From contig JBDLIQ010000003.1 in NCBI GenBank assembly GCA_039714775.1, forward strand, positions 13,226 to 77,225: DNA of 64,000 nucleotides, given 5' to 3'. Made by a program: the position numbers and the translations under genes. Below are positions 9,510 to 17,613 of the stretch, in pieces; position 1 is the first letter of the stretch; every line of letters begins with the position of its first letter. The notes under the pieces were generated by a model. That model saw only the letters and a list, made by a program, of their open reading frames with translations. It did no database searches and was not told the DNA's origin. The DNA is from Bacteroidota bacterium. Its GTDB lineage: Bacteria > Bacteroidota > Bacteroidia > Bacteroidales > GCA-2748055.

Positions 9510-10171
9510 CAGGTAGTGGATGTTTTTAGAAGGGTCTCAAACCGGTTAATGAATTTATGGATGGTATCAAAATGTGCAGCTTTTAACCTGCGGTTTACCG
9601 CCGGCTGTGAAATCCCCAGGCTCTGACTGATCTCCACCTGATTTTTTCCCGTCAGGTTCAGAAACATCGCTTCGGCCTGTTCGTCGGACCAGCTATGGAT
9701 CATGATATCCATAAAGCTGCAGGTGAGATCAAACTCTGCATTCAAAGCCTCTTCGGTGGTCAGAATGCTGATCCGCTGATTACGCTTCATCTTCTCTTTT
9801 CCATCTGTAGAGGTCCTGAAAGCCGTACCATCCGATTCCCTGAGATGGTCCTGTGCAAACTCCACGGGACCGATCCCGACAGATACCTTTAATTCGAGCC
9901 GTTCTCCAAGCTCTTTATAGGAGAGAAACCGGAATGCACTGAAGAACATCATCAACGAGTGAATGGAGTGGACCGGCGATTCTGAGAGTGCGAGAAATTC
10001 ATCCATCCGGATGATCTCATACTTCAGCAAGCCGGTTTCCGGAACCATCCTGTTTACAGCCTGGAAAGATGCCCTGATCAGGTCGGGGATCTTACTGAAC
10101 TGTTCGTCAGATACCTTGAAACCGGGGGCAAGTTCCCCAGCGACAACAGCGTAATGTGCCTTTTTCGTCAT
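9509..10171 (-). CDS. hypothetical protein with C-terminal HTH (sigma-70 region-4-like)
   Basis: 220 aa. The C-terminal segment is NQVEISQSLGISQPAVNRRLKAA. Its stop overlaps the GH2 start as ATGA on the minus strand at 9507-9511. Confidence 0.6.
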   Translation of the reverse strand: MTKKAHYAVVAGELAPGFKVSDEQFSKIPDLIRASFQAVNRMVPETGLLKYEIIRMDEFLALSESPVHSIHSLMMFFSAFRFLSYKELGERLELKVSVGIGPVEFAQDHLRESDGTAFRTSTDGKEKMKRNQRISILTTEEALNAEFDLTCSFMDIMIHSWSDEQAEAMFLNLTGKNQVEISQSLGISQPAVNRRLKAAHFDTIHKFINRFETLLKTSTT

Positions 10172-10232
10172 TTCTTGCTTAATAAATTTATTTCGGGTAT
10201 TCCTTGTACTATTAGGTAAAAAAGTTAGATGT

Positions 10233-10240
10233 CAAATATA
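10233..10240 (-). promoter_or_regulatory. candidate -7 promoter box for the HTH-GH2 operon (TATATTTG on the minus strand)
   Basis: Plus strand CAAATATA is the reverse complement of TAnnTTTG. It lies 62 nt upstream of the minus-strand ATG at 10171. Confidence 0.3.
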
Positions 10241-10429
10241 TAATAATAAAAGGTTATAATTCAAGTTTGTGATCATATATTGGCAATCAGGGGACATGTT
10301 GCATTCATTGCCTGATTTGCTAAGTGGTACAAAAACAGCCTCGTAAAGGTTGCTTCTGATATTTATTTAGAATCACTCTAATTAACAAGAGTGCTTCTTT
10401 GAATGAAAGGCTAAAAAGGCGATTAATAC

Positions 10430-10437
10430 TATTTTTG
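10430..10437 (+). promoter_or_regulatory. candidate -7 promoter box for the propeller operon (TATTTTTG)
   Basis: Matches TAnnTTTG, 43 nt upstream of the ATG at 10480, inside the longest intergenic region of the window (10172-10479, 308 nt, AT-rich). Confidence 0.3.
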
Positions 10438-10479
10438 GAGGTGTTCAGCTTTAAACGCTGGACTCTAAACATAAGAACG

Positions 10480-11790
10480 ATGAACCGAACCATTTTTATT
10501 ATATTTTTTTCCTTGATCCTGACAGGTTGCCCGGCTAAGAATCAGGAGCAGAGTCAGGAACAGAATCAGGAGCAGAGTCAGGAACAGAATCAGGATCAGG
10601 TGCAGGTGCAGAGCCAGGATCAGAATCAGGATCAGGTGCAGGGACCCACGCGCTGGAGGGGTCCTTCGGGCGATGGGATCTATCCGGATAAGGGGTTATT
10701 AACAGAGTGGCCGGCCAGAGGCCCTGAAGTGCTCTGGACCTATGAACAGCTTGGCCAGGGGCACTCTTCGGTGGTGGCCGATGGCGGTTTTCTATATACC
10801 ATGGGAATGATTGATACGACCGGATACCTGTTCAAGTTTGAAAAGGGTGGAGAGGTGGTCTGGAAAGAGACCTACGGACCTGAATTCTCAGAAAGCTACT
10901 ACGGTACCAGGGGTTCACCCGTTATCGCAGGCGATAAGATCTACCTTGAGAGTGGATACGGGAAGCTCGTATGCCTGAGCAATTCCGACGGATCGATCCT
11001 CTGGTCGAAAAAGTTGTTCGAGGATTTCGATGGCAAGAACATCAGATGGGGGGTGAACGAGACCCCGGTGGTGGATGGCGATATCGTCTATGCCACTCCG
11101 GGAGGAAAGATCAACAATGTTGTGGCGCTTGACCGCCACACCGGAAAGACGATCTGGAGCAGCAAGGCAAAAAGGGAGCAGACCGCCTACTGCACTCCGC
11201 TTCTGTTTGAACACAACGGAAGGAAGATACTGGCCACACATACAACCTCACACCTGATTGGACTGGATGCCGGAACCGGGGTGCTCCTTTGGTCGCATAA
11301 GCAGCCCAACAAGTACTCGGTTCATGCCAACACACCCATTTATCACAACGGATCGCTATACTACTTTAGCGGATACGGTCAGGGGGGAGGCTTGCTGAAA
11401 CTGAGCCAGGACGGGAGTTCAGTGACGCAAACCTGGTTTACTCCCAATCTGGACAGCCGCATGGGCGGCGCGGTACTGGTGGATGGTTATCTTTATGGTT
11501 CGGGGGATATGAACCGGCAATGGCGCTGCCTTGAGTGGGAAACCGGGAAGGAGATGTATGTCTCCACCGCCCTGGGCAAAGGGGTGGTCATCTACGCCGA
11601 CGGGATGCTCTACTGTTACAGCGAAAAGGGTGAGCTGGCTTTGGTTAAGGCTGATCCTTCAGCTTTTAAGGTGGTGAGCAAGACCCGGGTGACCCATGGC
11701 TCCGAACAGCACTGGGCCCACCCCATGATCCACGACGGTGTCCTCTATGTACGGCACGGAAAGGCACTGGTAGCGTATAAAGTCAGGTAG
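10480..11790 (+). CDS. BamB/PQQ-like beta-propeller lipoprotein, paralog 1
   Basis: The start is moved to the ATG at 10480 (MNRTIFIIFFSLILTGC, a lipobox). A Q/E/N-rich linker follows, then WRGPSGDGIYPD and repeated blade motifs (DG.LY, G..LW) ending in HDGVLYVRHGKALVAY. Confidence 0.85.
   Translation: MNRTIFIIFFSLILTGCPAKNQEQSQEQNQEQSQEQNQDQVQVQSQDQNQDQVQGPTRWRGPSGDGIYPDKGLLTEWPARGPEVLWTYEQLGQGHSSVVADGGFLYTMGMIDTTGYLFKFEKGGEVVWKETYGPEFSESYYGTRGSPVIAGDKIYLESGYGKLVCLSNSDGSILWSKKLFEDFDGKNIRWGVNETPVVDGDIVYATPGGKINNVVALDRHTGKTIWSSKAKREQTAYCTPLLFEHNGRKILATHTTSHLIGLDAGTGVLLWSHKQPNKYSVHANTPIYHNGSLYYFSGYGQGGGLLKLSQDGSSVTQTWFTPNLDSRMGGAVLVDGYLYGSGDMNRQWRCLEWETGKEMYVSTALGKGVVIYADGMLYCYSEKGELALVKADPSAFKVVSKTRVTHGSEQHWAHPMIHDGVLYVRHGKALVAYKVR
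10540..10641 (+). repeat. in-frame tandem repeat encoding a (Q-E/D/N/S/V-Q) linker
   Basis: AATCAGGAGCAGAGTCAGGAACAG occurs twice exactly (10540-10563 and 10564-10587). AATCAGGATCAGGTGCAG-type 18-nt units follow up to 10641. The translation is NQEQSQEQNQEQSQEQNQDQVQVQSQDQNQDQVQ. Confidence 0.85.
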
Positions 11791-11854
11791 TCAGGTAGTT
11801 GGGTAGTTGGAGTCTGGTAGTTCGGAGTTTTATTGTGAATCAAACAAATATGTC

Positions 11855-13114
11855 ATGAAAAAATTCGGATGTATCTTTCTGTTTGTTGCATTGTTGGTGG
11901 GTTGCTCGGCTGATAAAAAGAGCTGGACATCAGAACCCACAAGGTGGTTGGGTCCCTCTGCCGATGGCCACTATCCCGATACAGGTCTGCTGAAAACCTG
12001 GCCGGAGGAGGGGCCGGAGATCCTGTGGACCTTTGACAGCCTGGGTATTGGATTCTCCTCAGCGGTCATTCAGAATGGATTCCTCTATACCACGGGGATG
12101 ATTGACAGTACAGGGTACCTGTTTAAGCTGGATCTTGACGGTACACTTATCTACCGTGTGCCTTACGGTCCGGAATGGAATAGAAGTTATCCTGGTACCC
12201 GGGGATCACCCACGGTGGTTGGAGATAAAATCTACCTGGTAAGCGGAATGGGGAAGGTGATCTGTTTTAACATGGAGGATGGCTCCTTGCTCTGGAGCAA
12301 AGAGATGTTCAAGGATTTTGATGGTGAAAACATCAGGTGGGGAATTAATGAAGCCCCGGTGGTGGATGGGGAGAAGGTCTATGTAACTCCGGGGGGGGAG
12401 GAGAATAATGTGGTTGCCCTGAACAGGCACAGTGGAGAGGTTGTATGGAGTTGTGCAGGGAAAGGAGACCTCTCTGCCTACTGCACCCCGCTGCTCTTTG
12501 AGCACAACAAAAGGAAACTGCTGGTCACCTATTCAGCTGCCAGTTTGCTGGGAATTGATCCCGGTTCGGGGGAGCTGCTCTGGACCGTGGAGGTTCCATG
12601 GCGGTGGTCCGTACACGCCATTACACCCCTCTATCATGAAGGAAAGATCCTTTTTCCATCCGGATCAAATGTTGGTGGAGGTATGTTGCAGCTCAGCGAA
12701 GATGGTAGCTCGGTGGAGGTGCTCTGGAAAAACAGCGTTAGTGATTACAAGTATGCTGCGATACTTATTGATGGGTATGTTTATGAATCATACAGTGACA
12801 ACAAGGAGCTGTCATGGAGGTGTATAGAGTGGGAGACAGGCAATGAGGCCTGGAACTCAAAGGAGCTGGAGTTTGGCAAGGCCATCTGTGCAGATGGCAT
12901 GCTCTATCTCTATTGCGGAAAAGGTGAGCTGGCGCTTGTCAGACCTGATCCTGAGAGACTGGAGATCGTCAGCCAGATTGAAGTTACACATGGATCAGGA
13001 TTGCACCTGGCCGTTCCGGTAATGCATGATGGGGTCCTCTATATCAGGCACGGAGAGTCAATGATTGCATATAATGTCAGGCAGGGAACCACACCCCGGG
13101 AACTGAGCCGTTAG
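11855..13114 (+). CDS. BamB/PQQ-like beta-propeller lipoprotein, paralog 2
   Basis: ATG at 11855 gives MKKFGCIFLFVALLVGC (lipobox). Colinear with paralog 1 along its whole length, with about half the residues identical by eye, for example AYCTPLLFEHN, WRC.EWETG and VTHGS...HDGVLY.RHG. Confidence 0.85.
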   Translation: MKKFGCIFLFVALLVGCSADKKSWTSEPTRWLGPSADGHYPDTGLLKTWPEEGPEILWTFDSLGIGFSSAVIQNGFLYTTGMIDSTGYLFKLDLDGTLIYRVPYGPEWNRSYPGTRGSPTVVGDKIYLVSGMGKVICFNMEDGSLLWSKEMFKDFDGENIRWGINEAPVVDGEKVYVTPGGEENNVVALNRHSGEVVWSCAGKGDLSAYCTPLLFEHNKRKLLVTYSAASLLGIDPGSGELLWTVEVPWRWSVHAITPLYHEGKILFPSGSNVGGGMLQLSEDGSSVEVLWKNSVSDYKYAAILIDGYVYESYSDNKELSWRCIEWETGNEAWNSKELEFGKAICADGMLYLYCGKGELALVRPDPERLEIVSQIEVTHGSGLHLAVPVMHDGVLYIRHGESMIAYNVRQGTTPRELSR

Positions 13115-13157
13115 GTGAAGTATCTCATGAGGCGAATGCCGAATAAACAATGAAATA

Positions 13158-14420
13158 GTGAAGGATTCATTAAAGATAATAGCCATAGCAGGGTTCATCG
13201 CATCTCTTTTCGGTTGTGCTGATGCAGCAGCCCAGGATACCCAGTGGAGAGGTTTAAACAGGGATGGGATCTACCTGGATACCAGCCTATTGAGATCGTG
13301 GCCGGAGGAGGGGCCCGAACTGATCCTTAAAATGGAGGGGCTGGGAAATGGTTACTCCACACCGGTGCTCTACAAAGACAATCTGTTTATTACCGGAAGG
13401 AGGGACAGCCTGGATGTGATCACAAAGGTGAACCTGCAGGGGACCATCCAATGGGAGACTGTCTATGGGAAGGCATGGAACCAATCGTTCCAGGAGACCA
13501 GGGGGACTCCCACCATCGAAGATGACAGGATCTACCTGACAGGGGGGTTGGGAACGGTTGTCTGTATTGACTCAGGGACCGGAGCGGTGTTATGGAGCCG
13601 CAACACCCACCTGGAGTTTCAGGGGGAGTTCCACAGGTGGGGGATGGTGGAGTCGCTGCTGCTTACTGAAAAGGCGGTGATCTCTTCTCCGGTGGGAACT
13701 CAGACCGCGGTGGTTGCCCTGGATAAGATGAACGGATCCCTTTTGTGGAGATCCGATACGGTAGGAGGTGTCAGGTCTTACGCCTCACCAGTGATGATCA
13801 ATCACAAGGGACGCCGGATGATCCTCTTTACCTCCAACAAGGAGCTTTTTGCCGTGGATCCTGAGAAGGGTACCATATTGTGGGAAAAGGACCTTGTCAC
13901 CGGCTATACGGGTGACAGGAACAGCCGCATCAATACCAATACCCCCCTCTATTTTGACGGAGATGTTTTTATTACCTCCGGCTACAATGCCGAGGCCCTG
14001 ATGTTCACCATTGCACCGGATGGGAGTGATGCTACCCTGAAATGGAGCAGTGCTACACTCGATTCACACCATGGAAGTGTGATCCTGCTGGATGGCTACC
14101 TCTACGGAGCCAACTGGCTCAACAATGGCAACGGGAACTGGGTATGCCAGAGGTGGGAAACCGGGGAGGTGATGTACGAGGAGAAGTGGCACAACAAAGG
14201 GTCCATCATCTATGCCGATGGCATGCTCTACCTGTTTGAGGAGAAACGTGGTCATGTGGGACTTGTGGAGCCGGACCCCGGTTCCTTCAGGCTGGTCAGT
14301 TCGTTCAGGCTCGAAGGTGGATCGGGGCCCTTCTGGGCCCATATGTCCATCTATGACCAGAAACTTCTGATCAGACACGGGGAGGTACTTTTCGTTTACA
14401 ACATTTCAGCTGAGAATTGA
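13158..14420 (+). CDS. BamB/PQQ-like beta-propeller lipoprotein, paralog 3 (more divergent)
   Basis: GTG start giving MKDSLKIIAIAGFIASLFGC (lipobox). It has WRGLNRDGIYLD and the same blade architecture, ending LLIRHGEVLFVYN. Confidence 0.8.
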   Translation: MKDSLKIIAIAGFIASLFGCADAAAQDTQWRGLNRDGIYLDTSLLRSWPEEGPELILKMEGLGNGYSTPVLYKDNLFITGRRDSLDVITKVNLQGTIQWETVYGKAWNQSFQETRGTPTIEDDRIYLTGGLGTVVCIDSGTGAVLWSRNTHLEFQGEFHRWGMVESLLLTEKAVISSPVGTQTAVVALDKMNGSLLWRSDTVGGVRSYASPVMINHKGRRMILFTSNKELFAVDPEKGTILWEKDLVTGYTGDRNSRINTNTPLYFDGDVFITSGYNAEALMFTIAPDGSDATLKWSSATLDSHHGSVILLDGYLYGANWLNNGNGNWVCQRWETGEVMYEEKWHNKGSIIYADGMLYLFEEKRGHVGLVEPDPGSFRLVSSFRLEGGSGPFWAHMSIYDQKLLIRHGEVLFVYNISAEN

Positions 14421-15847
14421 GACTCAACAGCGCAAATATCACCACGGGAATCCTGGCATTGGCCGGTGCACTCTCCATTGCATGGTGGCTGGCAAAGGAT
14501 CCGGTGGCCGGTTTTATCACCACCCAACCGGGACTCGATAACAGGGGCGCCAAAGCTGTGGTCCCCGATATTAAGATCGGCGCCTTTTTTGAGGCTGTTG
14601 GAAATGTTGACTCCGACCTGAAGGAGAGCTGGCCACGGTTCCGGGGCGCCAACTTCGATAACATCAGCCGTTCCCGGGTTGCCCTGGTTGAGAAGTTCCC
14701 TGCCGGGGGTCCCCGGGTCATGTGGAAAGCGGATCTGGGGGAAGGATTTGCCGGAGCAGCAATTTACAAAGGGGTGGTCTATCTGCTCGATTATGATGAG
14801 GAGATGCGGGCCGATCTGCTTCGCGCTTTCTCGCTGGAGACCGGAGAGGCGTTGTGGAACCGGGGGTACTATATCAACCTGAAGCGGAACCACGGAATGT
14901 CCAGGACCGTCCCGGCAGTGACAGAGGAGCATATTGTGACCATCGGTCCCCGGGGACATGTGATGTGTGTTCGCCGGCAGGATGGGGAGCTTCTCTGGGG
15001 CCTCAATGTGGAGCTGGATTACCAGGCAGAGATCCCACTCTGGAATACGGGACAGTGTCCCCTGGTTGATAATGGGAAGGCGATCATCGCCACCGGGGGG
15101 AAGGCCCTGATGGTAGCGGTGGAGCTGGAGAGCGGTGAGGTGTTGTGGGAGACACCCAACAGGCATGGCTGGCAGATGTCGCACTCCTCCGTCATGCCCT
15201 GGGAATACCGGGGCGTGAAGATGTATGTTTACAGCGCTTTCGGCGGAGCGTGTGGAATTGCTGCAGAGGGTCCGCAGGCTGGGGAGGTACTCTGGGAGAC
15301 CACCGCATGGAACCACCAGACCGTGGCCCCTTCGCCGGTCTGCCTGCCAGATGGAAAGGTGTTTATGACAGCCGGTTACGGAGCCGGGAGCATGGTGTTG
15401 CAACTGCATGGGCAGGGGCCGCACTTTGATGCAGAGGTCATCGCCGAGTATGCCCCGAAGGAGGGGTTGGCCAGTGAGCAGCAGACACCAGTGGGTTTTG
15501 AGGGACACCTGCTGGGGATCCTTCCCAAGGATGCAGGCCCCTTAAGGAACCAACTTGTTTGCGTACATCCCGATGATTTTACACGGATTGTCTGGTCAAG
15601 CGGTCCTGAACACAGGTTTGGACTGGGACCCTATATGATTGCTGACAACAAACTTTTTATTGTGAGCGATGACGGCACACTTACCATCGTGAGACCCGGC
15701 ACCAGCAGGTACATGGAGCTGGACAGCTACAAGGTTCTGGAGGGGCACGATGCCTGGGGACCGTTGGCTGTGGCCGATGGTTACCTGGTGATGAGGGACT
15801 CAAAAACCATGGTATGCCTCGATATGGCTGTGGAGAGAAACAGATAG
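14417..15847 (+). CDS. membrane-anchored PQQ-like beta-propeller, paralog 4
   Basis: The TTG start overlaps the preceding stop (TTGA, 14417-14420). N-terminal TM helix ITTGILALAGALSIAWWLA, then WPRFRGANFDNIS and propeller repeats ending DGYLVMRDSKTMVCLD. Confidence 0.75.
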   Translation: MRLNSANITTGILALAGALSIAWWLAKDPVAGFITTQPGLDNRGAKAVVPDIKIGAFFEAVGNVDSDLKESWPRFRGANFDNISRSRVALVEKFPAGGPRVMWKADLGEGFAGAAIYKGVVYLLDYDEEMRADLLRAFSLETGEALWNRGYYINLKRNHGMSRTVPAVTEEHIVTIGPRGHVMCVRRQDGELLWGLNVELDYQAEIPLWNTGQCPLVDNGKAIIATGGKALMVAVELESGEVLWETPNRHGWQMSHSSVMPWEYRGVKMYVYSAFGGACGIAAEGPQAGEVLWETTAWNHQTVAPSPVCLPDGKVFMTAGYGAGSMVLQLHGQGPHFDAEVIAEYAPKEGLASEQQTPVGFEGHLLGILPKDAGPLRNQLVCVHPDDFTRIVWSSGPEHRFGLGPYMIADNKLFIVSDDGTLTIVRPGTSRYMELDSYKVLEGHDAWGPLAVADGYLVMRDSKTMVCLDMAVERNR

Positions 15848-15857
15848 AAACATCGAT

Positions 15858-16823
15858 ATGAAAAAGAGAAGTCTTACTGTAGTTGTACTCGTGATCCTGA
15901 CGCTGATCATTGTGGTGATCACGGTCGATTTCATGAACAACCGGCCCGACCGGCGGGGTGACAATCCTTTTAAACTGGAGGTGGAGCAGTATCGCAAAGT
16001 GGATCCGGCGCTGATCTCTCACAAGGAGAGCCGCAACCTCTCCCTGGGATCACTCAAGGCCACATGTATGGTCTATAACAACGGCCGTTTGTATGTTGCG
16101 GGAGACTCCTCCCTGGTGGTGATCCTCCCCGATGGAACGGCAGAGAAGCGGTACAACATCCTTCCCGGTCCAACCTCTCTGCTTGTGACAGAGAGCCGCT
16201 ATTACATCGGATATAAATCTTTCGTTACCGAATATAACCTGGAGGGAGATATGGTGAAGCGGTGGGATGACCTGGGCGCGCGCGCGGTTATCACCAACCT
16301 GGCAGGCGATGGTGAACAGCTCTATGTGGCCGATGCAGGGAACCGCAGGGTGGTTATCTATACCGCTGCGGGTAAAAGGGTTGGTGTGTTTGAGGGGAAA
16401 GCGGAGGCGGAATCCGGACACGGTTTCATCATTCCCAGTGGCAATTTCGACCTGGCAGTTAACAGCTACGGGGAGCTATGGGTGGTTAATCCGGGCAAAC
16501 ATGCACTGGAAAATTACAGTGACGATGGCCGGATGAGGGGGTTCTGGGAGAACTCCTCGGTGGATATCGAAGGATTCCTGGGGTGCTGCAACCCTGCCAG
16601 GATCACTGTGATGGAGGATGGATCGTTTATAACCAGTGAAAAGGGGCTGATCAGGATCAAGATCCATGACCAGTCGGGCAAGTTGAAAAGCGTGGTGGCA
16701 CCACCCTCCCTTTTTGAGGGGGAGAAGGCACCCGATCTCTGTGTAGATGAACAGGGTGTGGTGTATCTCCTCGATTTTGACCGCAATGTGATACGGATCT
16801 TTGAACCGAAGGAGAATGGATAG
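15858..16823 (+). CDS. membrane-anchored NHL-like six-bladed beta-propeller protein
   Basis: N-terminal TM helix LTVVVLVILTLIIVVITV. NHL-like blades are seen (LYVADAGNRRVVIYTAAGKRVGVF, GELWVVNPGKHALENYSDDG, VVYLLDFDRNVIRIF), plus an internal GCCNP motif. Confidence 0.65.
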   Translation: MKKRSLTVVVLVILTLIIVVITVDFMNNRPDRRGDNPFKLEVEQYRKVDPALISHKESRNLSLGSLKATCMVYNNGRLYVAGDSSLVVILPDGTAEKRYNILPGPTSLLVTESRYYIGYKSFVTEYNLEGDMVKRWDDLGARAVITNLAGDGEQLYVADAGNRRVVIYTAAGKRVGVFEGKAEAESGHGFIIPSGNFDLAVNSYGELWVVNPGKHALENYSDDGRMRGFWENSSVDIEGFLGCCNPARITVMEDGSFITSEKGLIRIKIHDQSGKLKSVVAPPSLFEGEKAPDLCVDEQGVVYLLDFDRNVIRIFEPKENG

Positions 16824-17034
16824 AAGGCGTTTTATAGAGCAGATGGCACGCGGGGGAGTGCTGGCGGGAATGGCCCTGGGAACCGGGTTTCTCCTGGTAA
16901 GGAGACAGGTGACCCTGCAACAGGATTGCGGACTGAACTACCAGTGCAGGGGCTGCAAAAAAATAGAAGAGTGCAGACTGCCCGAAGCCCGGGAGGAGCG
17001 GGCCACTCCAACTAAAACAGCTATTCCGGAATGA
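16816..17034 (+). CDS. small (72 aa) Tat-signal-like protein with a C-x5-C-x2-C-x5-C motif
   Basis: The ATG at 16816 is preceded by GGAG. Sequence MDRRRFIEQMARGGVLAGMALGTGFLLV, then CGLNYQCRGCKKIEEC. It overlaps the NHL gene by 8 nt and the next gene by ATGA (17031-17034). Confidence 0.55.
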   Translation: MDRRRFIEQMARGGVLAGMALGTGFLLVRRQVTLQQDCGLNYQCRGCKKIEECRLPEAREERATPTKTAIPE

Positions 17035-17612
17035 AAAAAGATAAGGCAACAGGCAGACGCGGGTTCATCAACAACGGGGTGAGGGTTACCCTGGGACTTG
17101 CTGTGGCCGGAACCGGTGCCCTGTCGTTGGTGCGATCGGCCAACCCGAAGGAGTATGTGTGGCAGATCGATCCCTTTAAATGTACCCAGTGCGGACGTTG
17201 TGCCACCGATTGTGTCAGGGCCGAATCGGCCGTCAAGTGTGTTCATGCGTATGATGTTTGCGGGTATTGTGATCTTTGTGGGGGCTATTTTAAACCGGGG
17301 GCCAGACTGGAGACCGGTGCAGAGAACCAGCTCTGTCCCACAGCCGCCATCCAGCGGAAATTTATCGAGGAGCCCTATTTCGAATACATCATCGACGAGG
17401 AACTCTGCATCGGATGTGCCAAATGTGTGAAGGGTTGTGACGCATTCGGAAACGGCTCCCTGCAGCTTCAGATCAGGCACGACCTCTGTCTGAACTGTAA
17501 CCAGTGCTCCATAGCCACAGTCTGTCCCTCCGATGCCATCAGCAGGGTGCCGGCATCCACGCCATACATTATCAAAGGACCTGGTACAAAAACCAAGGAG
17601 AAGAGAGGATAA
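17031..17612 (+). CDS. Tat-exported poly-[4Fe-4S] ferredoxin, NapG/NosG/MauM-like
   Basis: Twin-arginine signal TGRRGFINNGVRVTLGLAVAG. Cys clusters are CTQCGRCATDC, CGYCDLCGG, CIGCAKCVKGC and CLNCNQCSIATVCP. Confidence 0.8.
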   Translation: MKKDKATGRRGFINNGVRVTLGLAVAGTGALSLVRSANPKEYVWQIDPFKCTQCGRCATDCVRAESAVKCVHAYDVCGYCDLCGGYFKPGARLETGAENQLCPTAAIQRKFIEEPYFEYIIDEELCIGCAKCVKGCDAFGNGSLQLQIRHDLCLNCNQCSIATVCPSDAISRVPASTPYIIKGPGTKTKEKRG

Positions 17613-17613
17613 C

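Noticed and set aside
10399-10479. N-terminal extensions offered by the ORF track (10399, 11807, 17533, 24421, 35478, 41181, 51662 and others)
   Set aside because: Each extension precedes an internal ATG that yields a canonical signal peptide, lipobox or Walker-A-proximal start. Several overlap the upstream gene or a terminator. For example, 41181 lies inside the 41168-41205 hairpin.
10172-10479. Possible riboswitch or sRNA in the 308-nt intergenic region (hairpins near 10275-10315 and 10375-10396)
   Set aside because: There are only short imperfect stems and no conserved riboswitch core sequence that I recognise. A divergent promoter region explains it more simply.
10540-10641. Possible CRISPR-like or intergenic tandem repeat
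   Set aside because: The units are contiguous with no spacers, in frame and inside a coding sequence. They encode a Gln-rich linker.
14396-15508. 370-aa ORF on the minus strand, antisense to propeller paralog 4
   Set aside because: Its codons align exactly with the sense codons. In that frame stops arise only from the sense codons TTA, CTA and TCA, which GC-rich genes avoid. The translation is low-complexity and rich in Arg, Pro, Gly and His, with no motif. The plus-strand protein has clear propeller repeats.
10480-15847. Calling the propellers genuine PQQ-dependent dehydrogenases
   Set aside because: At about 400-470 aa they are smaller than quinoprotein dehydrogenases. I see no vicinal-Cys or Trp-docking hallmarks that I can vouch for by eye, and no pqq biosynthesis genes are in the window. 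Only the generic PQQ-like/BamB-like repeat fold is supportable.
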